Positions 45,442-54,153 of a DNA stretch of 64,000 nucleotides are shown here, in pieces. The stretch spans positions 1,799 through 65,798 of IMG/VR virus record IMGVR_UViG_3300037483_000760. One strand, 5' to 3'. The position numbers and the translations under genes were made by a program. Source of the DNA: a virus. Lineage: Duplodnaviria > Caudoviricetes. The notes under the pieces were generated by a model. The model was given only the letters and a program-made list of their open reading frames with translations. It had not been told where the DNA came from and made no database searches. Numbering within the stretch: the stretch's first letter is position 1; the number at the start of each line of letters is the position of its first letter.

Positions 45442-46398
45442 ATGAACGATTTTGCAAGTAGAGTGGGAACGAAAGTCCATAAACTTAGCGAGACCGGCAT
45501 GCCGGCGTCGGCCCCTCCCAGCGATGGCGGGGATTGGGCGCAAACCGTAGCCAGTGCCAGATGCTGGGCACAGGCTGGCGACGCATATTTCCCGGTTAGC
45601 GAGGTGGTCCCGGCCCTCCCCGCCGGGGCCTATAGGTGCCGCAATTCAAATCGGGGACCCTACCTCGAAAAGATGCCTATCGACATTGACCTATTACTCG
45701 ATCTGCCAGACAGCGCTGTTGAACGGCTGTTGGCCGAGTTCAAACAGTTCTGGACGCTGCGCGCAAATTTCGAGGAGCGTGGATTCACGTTCAAGCGGGG
45801 GATGTTGCTTTGGGGGCCGCCGGGCAGTGGCAAGACATCCGGCATTTGGCAAATGACACAGGAGCTAGTGCGCTCGCACAACGGCATCGTGATCTTTGTC
45901 GAAGAACCAGAGCTGGCGACGGTCTGCATTTCCCTTGCGCGCCGAATTGAGCCTGGGCGGCCGATGATATGCGTCATGGAAGATTTGGATGCACTGGTGC
46001 TGCGGTATGGGGAGCATGGATATCTGGCCTTGCTGGACGGCGAGACGCAGATTTCCAATGTGGTGCATATAGCAACCACAAATTACCCCGAATACCTTGA
46101 CCGTCGCTTTGTAGACCGGCCGTCGCGGTTCGATACGATTATGTACGTCGGAATGCCGAGCGAGGCGGCGCGGAGGTCATATTTTCATGCCAAAGAGCCA
46201 AGCCTCGACGACCTAACGCTGGAAAGGTGGGTGCGACGCACGGAAGATTATAGCATAGCCCATCTTCGCGAAGTCATCATTGCCATACGTTGTTTTGAGG
46301 CGTCGGAAAACGAAGTATTTGAGCGCCTCGACGCTATGCGCGGAAACAATCTTGCATCCGATGGGCGCGGCGGCAGCCGCCGCAGTGTCGGGTTCTAA
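45442..46398 (+). CDS. AAA+ ATPase (BCS1/FtsH-like, no protease domain)
   Basis: RGMLLWGPPGSGKT, VMEDLD, ATTNYPE.LD, DRPSRFD. Confidence 0.9.
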   Translation: MNDFASRVGTKVHKLSETGMPASAPPSDGGDWAQTVASARCWAQAGDAYFPVSEVVPALPAGAYRCRNSNRGPYLEKMPIDIDLLLDLPDSAVERLLAEFKQFWTLRANFEERGFTFKRGMLLWGPPGSGKTSGIWQMTQELVRSHNGIVIFVEEPELATVCISLARRIEPGRPMICVMEDLDALVLRYGEHGYLALLDGETQISNVVHIATTNYPEYLDRRFVDRPSRFDTIMYVGMPSEAARRSYFHAKEPSLDDLTLERWVRRTEDYSIAHLREVIIAIRCFEASENEVFERLDAMRGNNLASDGRGGSRRSVGF

Positions 46399-46667
46399 TG
46401 ATAACGAGACGTAAGCATAAGGGGTCGAGACCGTGACACCAGCACAACGAGCATATGGATGCCTGTGGCGTGATCTTTCGCCGCCATCAAGGTTTGTCAC
46501 GCGCGCACGCAACGAGCTTCGCGCTATCCTAACAAACGATGAGCGGAAGGAAGCAATCGAATGGGCAGTGCGAGAATACGACGAACCTAGTGATCATGAA
46601 ATTTTCTCTAACGAAATATCACCATAAAGAAACGGCAAGAGAGTGTTCAGCTAAAGAGGAGAACCTA

Positions 46668-46760
46668 ATGCTATTCGAAAGCTTGTTGGGTTTTCTCGCA
46701 CCCATGATCTTCGCTGCGGCGGCGCTCGTGCCGTTCTGGCTGCCGGGCGTTTGCAACTGA
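46668..46760 (+). CDS. 30-aa hydrophobic peptide
   Basis: AGAGGAG RBS; MLFESLLGFLAPMIFAAAALVPFWLPGVCN. Confidence 0.5.
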   Translation: MLFESLLGFLAPMIFAAAALVPFWLPGVCN

Positions 46761-46770
46761 GGAGATTATT

Positions 46771-47139
46771 ATGACCAAGCGCGTCGGTGGATATAGTGCA
46801 TCGTTGCGTCACCGCATCCATCCAAATGGATGGATCGTCGGAGGGCTTCACGACAAAGGAATGAAGTATGCGGACGCATCGCGCCGCGCTGGGTTGCATT
46901 ACTTTTCAAATCAAGAGGCCGCCGGTAATTTAGCTGTTGAACGAAAGAAGGGGAAAATCAGATACCGCGTGAAACGCCTTCCCTTCATCCCATTCGGGAG
47001 CCCGAACGAACTTGGGTTGCTTAGGGCACAACATTTTATCAAGGAAAATGAAAACACGTGGATACAAGAAACAAAATTCAAAAGAGAGTTCGCGGCTATC
47101 TACGATAATCTTGTCGATCATTTTAAGTTTGGAGCCTGA
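46771..47139 (+). CDS. Hypothetical protein (AT-rich)
   Basis: 122 aa; AGGAG RBS. Confidence 0.55.
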   Translation: MTKRVGGYSASLRHRIHPNGWIVGGLHDKGMKYADASRRAGLHYFSNQEAAGNLAVERKKGKIRYRVKRLPFIPFGSPNELGLLRAQHFIKENENTWIQETKFKREFAAIYDNLVDHFKFGA

Positions 47140-47161
47140 CTCTCAAATTAGGAGCGCCACC

Positions 47162-47485
47162 ATGGCAACGGATGTAGAGATTGAACTGGCGGCAAAGGCC
47201 ATGAGAGGCAGCAAGGCATGGCCCGTAGTGTTTGGTGCCGGAGCGGCAGAGACACTCGCTCGCGCCGCCCTTGAAGCCATCGATCTAATGCGCGCGCAAT
47301 CGGAGCCCGTGAGTGACGCCGCGCGTGAGATGCTGGCGGCTGCGCAGGCAGTGATTAATCGATGGGACACGCCCGCATGGAAAGATGCGGAGCCGACTGC
47401 CAAAGCCATAAACAAACTCCGCGCCGCCATCGCCAAGGCAACGGGTCAGTCCAGACCCTATGATGCTAAAGAGCCGTTAGCATAA
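47162..47485 (+). CDS. Hypothetical protein
   Basis: AGGAG RBS; INRWDTPAWKD. Confidence 0.55.
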   Translation: MATDVEIELAAKAMRGSKAWPVVFGAGAAETLARAALEAIDLMRAQSEPVSDAAREMLAAAQAVINRWDTPAWKDAEPTAKAINKLRAAIAKATGQSRPYDAKEPLA

Positions 47486-47497
47486 GGGGAGAACGCT

Positions 47498-47677
47498 ATG
47501 TGCCATCTGGAAGATTATAAGGTCGATTGGGACACGCCACTTGATTCAGAGTTGCAAAAGGCTGTCGATGAAACAGTAGCGGAAATGAACAAAGCGTTCC
47601 GCGAGCGGCTGCATGGAGACAGGCCGGTTGTTCGCAAAGGTCCCTGTAGAAAGACGAGGCACCCACATGAGCATTGA
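47498..47677 (+). CDS. Hypothetical protein
   Basis: 59 aa with GGGGAG RBS; not in the ORF track. Confidence 0.4.
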   Translation: MCHLEDYKVDWDTPLDSELQKAVDETVAEMNKAFRERLHGDRPVVRKGPCRKTRHPHEH

Positions 47678-48038
47678 GAAGCAGGCGGTCATCGCCGTTC
47701 GCAACGCTCTTTTTGAGGTCGCGGATGGCAAGCCGTTCGCCGCCGTCATGCAGGGCATCATCATGGCGCAGGCGAAGCTCGCGGCGGCAACCTGTGGCGG
47801 CGATCCTAATGCCACGGCTGAGCAACTCCGCTACTATCATAGCTTGATGATGGATGCCGTGCCGATCTATTGCGCGAGATTGAGATCGGTCACCCGAACC
47901 CTCAAAAGAATTAGGAGCACCACCATGGACCCGTTCTGGCTAGGAGTTCTCGTAACCCTCGCAATCGAGGGCGGTCTGTTTGTCGGGGGTGGTTTGTTCT
48001 GCTTCGGATTTTTCCCTGTGATGGTCAGGCTCGGGTGA
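47667..48038 (+). CDS. Hypothetical protein with a C-terminal TM helix
   Basis: About 123 aa. Confidence 0.45.
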   Translation: MSIEKQAVIAVRNALFEVADGKPFAAVMQGIIMAQAKLAAATCGGDPNATAEQLRYYHSLMMDAVPIYCARLRSVTRTLKRIRSTTMDPFWLGVLVTLAIEGGLFVGGGLFCFGFFPVMVRLG

Positions 48039-48051
48039 GCGGCGGAGACCG

Positions 48052-48306
48052 ATGAAAACCGTCCTTCCATACCCCCCGCCATGGCAAGACGCCGAGACAC
48101 TGTGCGCGCATGTGTGCATCGGCGAGCGCACGCTGGACGCTTGGGTTAGGCAGGGAATCCTTCCGCCGGCCAAGATGCGGGGCGGCAAGCGCATGTGGAA
48201 ATGGTCGGAAGTGGAACGTTACATGGAAGGCAATACCGCTATAGTCCCGGAACAGGACTTAGCCCAAAAGGTGCATCATGCAACCCGCCAAGCCGCGCAT
48301 CGGTAG
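48052..48306 (+). CDS. xis: Excisionase / AlpA-like HTH protein
   Basis: TLCAHVCIGERTLDAWVRQGILPPA...GKRMWKWSEV. Overlaps the integrase start. Confidence 0.8.
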   Translation: MKTVLPYPPPWQDAETLCAHVCIGERTLDAWVRQGILPPAKMRGGKRMWKWSEVERYMEGNTAIVPEQDLAQKVHHATRQAAHR

Positions 48307-49249
48307 GGTCACTCCCGGCACGTTCGCCGCCGTGATCCGGCAATTCATGGCCTCGCCTGCCTACACCACCAAAGCGGAATCGACACGCCAGAGCTGGGGG
48401 CGGGCCTTAAGGCTGGCCGAGGAGGAAGGCGGTCTTGGTGGATGCTCGGTGCAAGTGGTCCGGCCTGCCATCATCCAAAGCTTTCTTGACGCCCTGGCCG
48501 ACATGCCGGGAAAGCAGTCGGTAGCGCGCACGGCCCTAAAGGCGCTGGAGGCTTACGCCGTGGTGCGGGATTTAGTCCCTATGCCGTTCATGACCGGGAC
48601 AACCGTGGTCGGTTCGGACGGCGGTCATGAGCCGTGGCCTGACGATTGTGTGGCCATGGCGGAGCAGCACGCCCGCCCGGACCTCGCCCGCGCCGTGATA
48701 CTGGCCCTCAATTTGGGGCAGCGCGGGTCCGACGTGGTTCGGATGAGGCCGACCGATATCGAGGAAAAGATTGACTCGACGACGGGCGTTCAAATGCGCG
48801 GGATCAACGTCACACAGCAAAAGACGGGGCGGCGCCTTTGGGTTCCGTTCATCTATCCCGAGTTCGAGCCCGTCCTGAATTCATGGGAGCGCCGCCCTGG
48901 CCCGTTCGTCCTGACGCCGGACGGCAGGCCGTTTACCCGCCCCCTGCTTTCGACGCATTGGAACCGGGAGCGGGACAGCAACCCCGAGCTAAAGCCGCTG
49001 GCGGAGGCCGGGCTGGTCCTGCATGGGCTCCGGGCCACGGCGGTTGTGCGGGCCAGAAAGCGCGGCCTGACCGATCTGCAAATCTCGAACGTGTTCGGAA
49101 TGAGCGAGGCAATGGTGGCCCGTTATTCGCGGCTGGCAGACCAGGGCGACATGGCGATGGCGGCTGTGCATTTCCTGTGCAGAACGGGTGGGGAACAGGA
49201 CAAGCGTAACGTTCAAAACGTTACAACCGGCAAAATAGGCATTCCGTAG
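48278..49249 (+). CDS. int: Tyrosine integrase
   Basis: LGQRGSDV (R), QQKTG (K), LHGLRAT (HxxR) and VARYS (Y). Confidence 0.92.
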   Translation: MQPAKPRIGRVTPGTFAAVIRQFMASPAYTTKAESTRQSWGRALRLAEEEGGLGGCSVQVVRPAIIQSFLDALADMPGKQSVARTALKALEAYAVVRDLVPMPFMTGTTVVGSDGGHEPWPDDCVAMAEQHARPDLARAVILALNLGQRGSDVVRMRPTDIEEKIDSTTGVQMRGINVTQQKTGRRLWVPFIYPEFEPVLNSWERRPGPFVLTPDGRPFTRPLLSTHWNRERDSNPELKPLAEAGLVLHGLRATAVVRARKRGLTDLQISNVFGMSEAMVARYSRLADQGDMAMAAVHFLCRTGGEQDKRNVQNVTTGKIGIP

Positions 49250-49411
49250 TCAAATCAGTAGCTTAGCAAAGTCGCTACGTTTTGATTCATTGTGTGACAA
49301 CAAGGGAAATCAATGAGTTAGGCGGACCATTGGGGTGCGAGGAAGGGCAAAAGACCGCGGCATTCGGTAGCAAACTCACCTAGTCGAGCCCGCATATATT
49401 AAGACTCGACT
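49208..49411. other. Candidate attP region
   Basis: AT-rich gap after int with repeats AACGTTCAAA/AACGTTACAA, AAATCA-N5-TTAG (49252 and 49307), and an AGTCGAG...CTCGACT inverted repeat. Confidence 0.4.
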
Positions 49412-49458
49412 CCTGGCGGTTGTGGCGCGAGACTTTGCCCCTCAAAAGGGAGGGATAC

Positions 49459-49755
49459 ATGCTGAGGATTCTACTTTCTGCTGCCCTCATGCTCGCCACG
49501 GTCGGCGGCGCGTGGGCGCAAGTCTCTGTGCGCGGGTACTACCGAAGCAACGGCACATATGTTGCGCCGCATTATCGCTCGGCACCGGATAGTAGCTACA
49601 ACAACAACTGGTCGGTCCAGCCAAACGTGAACCCCTACACGGGGCAGATGGGCACCCGGTCACCGACCTATAACGACCGTCCGCCATCCAGCGGTTACGG
49701 GCTCGGTAGTGGGGGCGGCCTATATGGCGGCTCGGGCAGCGGGCTTTATCGTTAA
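49459..49755 (+). CDS. Small exported protein (moron-like)
   Basis: Signal peptide, then VRGYYRSNGTYVAPHYRSAPD...NVNPYTG; GGGAGG RBS. Confidence 0.75.
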   Translation: MLRILLSAALMLATVGGAWAQVSVRGYYRSNGTYVAPHYRSAPDSSYNNNWSVQPNVNPYTGQMGTRSPTYNDRPPSSGYGLGSGGGLYGGSGSGLYR

Positions 49756-50306
49756 AGCCAACGTTCAAAGTTGATTGCACCTGCAATCAACTTAGCTTGA
49801 GAAGCGTCAATACTGTTGACCGATTCTCGCGCAGATCGGCGTCGCGCACAAGTGACCTACAATAGGTAGGTCAGTGATTGATTTTTGCGCTTCATGTTGT
49901 GCGCGCGTGACACCCAGAATTTCATATGCTACAAAATGTTGCGGCACCGGGGGCGAAGCCGGTGCCGCTGAAAAGATTGTGCGAAGCCTGTTTCTGTTGC
50001 GTCCCGGGGTAGCCTTGGCGAGGCCAGAATCAGTGCCGAGTCGCTTTGACTTTCTAACACTCCAGTCCCGCCAGGTCCAATTTTAGTTTGTCCCCTTGGG
50101 GACATCCGAACGCCTTTTCGGCGTTGGCTGGGGCTTTCAACCTACAACCAACGCCGGAACGAAAACCGGGGCCGCAAGGCCCCGGCTGTCTCGAACCAAG
50201 TGTGGGTCCGCCTCTGCCAAGGCGGCATCGAAAGGTAGGTGGTACATGACAATATAGTCACGTCGCGGGGCTACCAGCGGTGCTTCGCATCGCTGGTAGC
50301 TTCCGT

Positions 50307-50380
50307 GGGCCGGGGCTGGTGCCGCCTGCTTGGCTATCCACCCGTGCGGGCTTGGGTCCGATCCCCAACCGGTCCACCCA
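50307..50380 (+). ncRNA. tRNA-like / tmRNA-TLD-like element with alanine identity elements
   Basis: 7-bp acceptor GGGCCGG/CCGGTCC with G3:U70, A discriminator, T-arm TTGGG-TCCGATC-CCCAA, mini D-hairpin GGC-TGGT-GCC, and 6-bp stem GCCTGC/GCGGGC. Confidence 0.45.
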
Positions 50381-50421
50381 GATTTTCATAGCAGAATCAA
50401 TAGGATTCGTCCAGCGCGATT

Positions 50422-50649
50422 TCACGCCGACTTATCGCGGGCAATTCCGTATGCCTTCTCATCGTCGAAAAAGCGAACGCCAGCACCCTCCAGGGCAGTT
50501 CTCATTGCCGTTAGATTGTTCCGGGTCGGCTCCCGCCGGCCGGCCTCAAAATCCCTCACGGTCGAGACGCCAACATTGGACGCCTTGGCAAGGGCTTCCT
50601 GAGACCATTCCATCCACGCCCGGGCAGCCCGGCATTGTTCCCGTGTCAT
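50422..50649 (-). CDS. XRE-family HTH regulator
   Basis: MTREQCRAARAWMEWSQEALAKASNVGVSTVRDFEAGRREP. Confidence 0.88.
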   Translation of the reverse strand: MTREQCRAARAWMEWSQEALAKASNVGVSTVRDFEAGRREPTRNNLTAMRTALEGAGVRFFDDEKAYGIARDKSA

Positions 50650-50699
50650 ACACTGAAACTAGCGAGGCCAACTTTTTTCGTCAAGGCCAACGTTTTCTA

Positions 50700-50728
50700 T
50701 TGACGTCACTGATTTCAGTGATTATCAA
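50700..50728. promoter_or_regulatory. Divergent promoter with a palindromic operator
   Basis: TTGACG at 50700 followed by TCACTGA-TT-TCAGTGA (50706-50721), between XRE and transposase. Confidence 0.55.
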
Positions 50729-50754
50729 TGAGGTCAACGGAAAACGTTGGTCTC

Positions 50755-51720
50755 ATGTCACAGCACTTCCTCCTCTCCTCAGCCGCCCGGTCGCTCTCGT
50801 TAGCGACCGTGGCGCGCATGTCGGATGAGGAGGCTTGGGAGGCGTTCAAGCTTATCCGCTGGTCCGACACCAAGGGCGAGCCCGTTTGCCCCCGCTGCGG
50901 CTGTCTTGACCACTACACCTACAAGACCCGCAAGGTTTTCCGCTGCAAGGCCTGCTCGCATCAGTTCACGGTCACGTCGGGGACCATTTTCGCCAGCCGC
51001 AAGCTTCCGATCCGCGACTACCTCCTAGCCATCGCGATCTTCGTGAACGGCGCAAAGGGCCATAGCGCGCTCCAGCTGAGCCGCGACCTGAACGTCCAAT
51101 GGAAGACCGCTTACGTGCTTTCCATGAAGCTCCGGGAGGCCGTAGCGGCTGAGACAAAGGATCACGTTGCCTCCGGTGAGGTCGAAATCGACGGCATGTA
51201 CACCGGCGGCCACATTCGCCCGGCCAACTATAAAGAGAACCGCAAGGACCGCCGCCTGGCCGTCCATCAAACCGGCAAGCGCCGCGTTGTGGTCGTCATG
51301 CGCGAGCGCAATGGTCGCACGCTTCCATTCGTCACCAAGTCTGAAGATGAGGCGGTCCCGACCATCAACGCCCGCGTGGCAGTCGGCAGTATCATCCATG
51401 CCGACGAAGCCGCGCATTGGGATGAATTGCACGCGCGCTACCTAACCAAGCGCATCAATCACTCGCAGGCCTATTCGGATGGCGAGGCCTGCACCAATCA
51501 GGCAGAGAGCTTCTTTAGCAGGCTCCGCCGCGCGGAAATCGGTACACACCACCATATCGCCGGGCCGTATCTTACCTACTACGCGAACGAAATGGCGTGG
51601 CGAGAAGACAACCGCCGCGCCAGCAACGGCGTCTTGTACCTAATGGCGGCAGACGCGGCCTTGAAACATCCGGTTTCTAATGAATGGCGCGGCTACTGGC
51701 AGCGGAGTGAAAAGCGATGA
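50755..51720 (+). mobile_element. IS1595-family (ISXO2-like) DDE transposase
   Basis: Zn ribbon CPRC...CKAC, VEIDGMY, IHADE, INHS, TNQAESFFSRLRR, YANEMAWRE. Element ends not identified. Confidence 0.9.
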
Positions 51721-52160
51721 GACAAAGTACCGAGACCTATCAGCACACCATCAACGGCCTTTTGCAAAAACGGGCTGAAATGATGGAAGATGTCGCGGTT
51801 ACGCGCGAACGGCTTGCCGTACTGTCCAACGATATTGAGGCACTAGATCGTGTGCTTGAACGTCTTGGTTATGACGGGGACGTGAACCTTACGCCGCGCG
51901 TGCCGCGGATTACCCTGTTTTATCGCGGTGAGCTTCGGCAGTTCTTGCTCAATCAGCTTCGCGAACATGGCGAAATGACCTCGCGCAAACTGGCAGAAAA
52001 CCTTGTGAAGATCGAAGGCAAGGATGCCCGCGATAGGCGCATGATGGCTGATATAGTGCGCCGGATTGGAAAGGCGCTTCGTCAGATGCAGATGTCGAAA
52101 ATGGTTTCGTCAGTGCGAAGCAAGAACATGGGGGAATACACCTGGAGTATTGCCAAATAG
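51717..52160 (+). CDS. Hypothetical protein (coiled coil plus winged-helix-like), coupled to the transposase
   Basis: 147 aa; ATGA overlap with the transposase stop. Confidence 0.65.
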   Translation: MRQSTETYQHTINGLLQKRAEMMEDVAVTRERLAVLSNDIEALDRVLERLGYDGDVNLTPRVPRITLFYRGELRQFLLNQLREHGEMTSRKLAENLVKIEGKDARDRRMMADIVRRIGKALRQMQMSKMVSSVRSKNMGEYTWSIAK

Positions 52161-52165
52161 CAGTT

Positions 52166-52663
52166 TTACTTTGCTGCAGGAGTCCCCTTTTTGTTGGCCT
52201 CAGCGAGAATTTCGGCCTGCTTCACAAATTCCGAAGATTCTCGTTCGGTACCTAGAACTGTGTTTCTAATCAACCCAAGCCGTACGGCGATCCATACGAG
52301 GATTAATGTGTACGCCGCGGTCTCAATAATGAGCAGCCAAACTACAAAATGGCTCCATTCCTGCGATGCGGCATGGAGCGATATGTCGAGCAACTCCACG
52401 ACTTTAGTGATTCCAAGAAGAACTAGAATTATGAACAATCCGCAGATCTGCAATGAAGCTGTTTTGATTTTCTTCGCACGTATAGAATCGTAGTTCTGAC
52501 GCATACTTTCTGGAATTAGTTCGCCATGCTCGCGAAACGCCTCTTTCATGTTGTCTTGTGCTGCGGCAAACCTATCGCTCAGATGATTGTGGAAATATTG
52601 AGTTATGGCGAGCGAAGCGCTCGCCAATATTATCAGGCCGTTCGTTTGGCCCGAGAGCTCCAT
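52166..52663 (-). CDS. AT-rich membrane protein (2-3 TM)
   Basis: Hydrophobic helices flanking a coiled-coil segment; visibly lower GC than the flanks. Confidence 0.65.
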   Translation of the reverse strand: MELSGQTNGLIILASASLAITQYFHNHLSDRFAAAQDNMKEAFREHGELIPESMRQNYDSIRAKKIKTASLQICGLFIILVLLGITKVVELLDISLHAASQEWSHFVVWLLIIETAAYTLILVWIAVRLGLIRNTVLGTERESSEFVKQAEILAEANKKGTPAAK

Positions 52664-53250
52664 CCTTCCCCCTCTACCCCTAGAGACTTCTTCCACCGAG
52701 CAAAAATGTCGCTCAGGTATGCCGGTAAGATACCGTCCTGGTCGTTAAATGACGCGTATGCTTTTTTTGTTCCGTCATCAACCTCTAGTCGATAGGCGTT
52801 CCCAGACAACAAAAAATGAGTATATTCTTTCTGTTGCTTTCCGGCAACATAAGCTCTGGCGTTTGGATGGTGCATAAGCGTGGAATAAAACTCGTTACCC
52901 TCCAAGTCCTCCTCTGGACAAAGAGTAACTACTTCTACTTTGCACCCGTTATCCAAAGCGTCCTGTAGAGTAGGCACCAATAATTCAAATACTCCTGGAA
53001 AAAGTTTTCCAGAAACTATTTGCACATTGGTTTTTTCTGCTGCGGCATGCTTGAGCAAACCGCGCATCAAGATAGTTGCGTGCTGAACAGAAGTATTTTC
53101 GATGATATCTGCTAGTTTATGGGTTCTGCATCTTTCCACGAGCTTTGCAAAATCATCCGTTTCCACCGGTGGAGTGGAGGGCTGGCGCGCCGGCGTGCGT
53201 TCAGACTGCACCTCGGTTGACTTAGGTAGCTCTGTCAAAACGTCGCTCAT
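52633..53250 (-). CDS. AT-rich protein with PLD-fold-like motifs
   Basis: NTSVQHATILM...VQIVSGKL...HFLLSGNAYRLEVD...AYASFND. Confidence 0.55.
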   Translation of the reverse strand: MSDVLTELPKSTEVQSERTPARQPSTPPVETDDFAKLVERCRTHKLADIIENTSVQHATILMRGLLKHAAAEKTNVQIVSGKLFPGVFELLVPTLQDALDNGCKVEVVTLCPEEDLEGNEFYSTLMHHPNARAYVAGKQQKEYTHFLLSGNAYRLEVDDGTKKAYASFNDQDGILPAYLSDIFARWKKSLGVEGEGWSSRAKRTA

Positions 53251-53648
53251 GTCCGGCTCCCAAATCAGGAATCCAAAACCGACCCGCCACCGCTCATGCG
53301 ATGTAGAGTATCTCCCCCGCAAACGTTTATGTGTTCAATGGACTCGACCAACGCGCTCGCGGCGTGCACAACCGCGCGCATGGTCACGCGCCTACAGTCA
53401 CAACGAGGGCGCAGCAAAGCGAGTCCTCCCTTGCCGTCACCAAGCTCGTTAACCTGGCTCAGCGTACAGCAACGCAAAGCGTATTCGCCGAGTTCAGGCC
53501 AGACAAGCGATTTTGATGAGGTTCCAACAGGCGATCACGTCCATTTCGCCACAACACCTAATATATGCTGCATCGCAGCATAAACAAGAGCTTCTTTACT
53601 CTATAGGTTGAGCTTTAATAAAGCTTTGATCTGCCTCAACAAAATAAA

Positions 53649-53918
53649 ATGAAATTGGAGGTGAGTTTGCTACCGAATGCCGCCAAGATGCGCGCAGCAG
53701 ATGGTGAAAATCGCGATCCAATCTACGCGCCAGATGGTCGCACTTGGTACGACATGCTACTGGCCGAGGCCGAGAGACGCGGCAAGTATCAAGACGCGCT
53801 ATGCCAAATTGCAAGACAAAAACTGAGTGTCGAAATGGATGAAGAAGAGCGAGAGTTGGCGGATTGGGAAGGCGGCTACGAGGCCATCGTCGGCATCGCC
53901 CGCGATGCCATCGCATGA
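53649..53918 (+). CDS. Hypothetical protein
   Basis: 89 aa; GGAGG upstream. Confidence 0.45.
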   Translation: MKLEVSLLPNAAKMRAADGENRDPIYAPDGRTWYDMLLAEAERRGKYQDALCQIARQKLSVEMDEEERELADWEGGYEAIVGIARDAIA

Positions 53919-53952
53919 TGTTGATGAGCAGAGAATATAATAGGAGACTGAC

Positions 53953-54144
53953 ATGCTGATCCATCGCGATTTAATTTCTTGCGTCGATCATGGCGTCTAT
54001 GGCGTTGATCCAGGTGATATCCCCTGTTGTCCAATTTGCGACCAGCCGATGCAAAAAGGCGAGCCTATTAATCTCCAAACCTGTGACGCGGGGCCAGGTA
54101 ACCCGGATTTACTCCGGCTCGTTCACGCAGCATGTGCCGAATAA
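53953..54144 (+). CDS. Small zinc-finger protein
   Basis: CPIC...HAAC; AGGAG RBS. Confidence 0.55.
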   Translation: MLIHRDLISCVDHGVYGVDPGDIPCCPICDQPMQKGEPINLQTCDAGPGNPDLLRLVHAACAE

Positions 54145-54153
54145 GGAGCAACC

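Noticed and set aside
50240-50262. GGTACATGACAATATAGTCAC as an IS1595 terminal inverted repeat
   Set aside because: I could not find a matching inverted copy downstream of the cargo, so element ends are left undefined.
49930-50380. Canonical or permuted two-piece tmRNA
   Set aside because: The acceptor halves are only 70 nt apart in unpermuted order and I found no tag reading frame. Kept only as a tRNA-like element.
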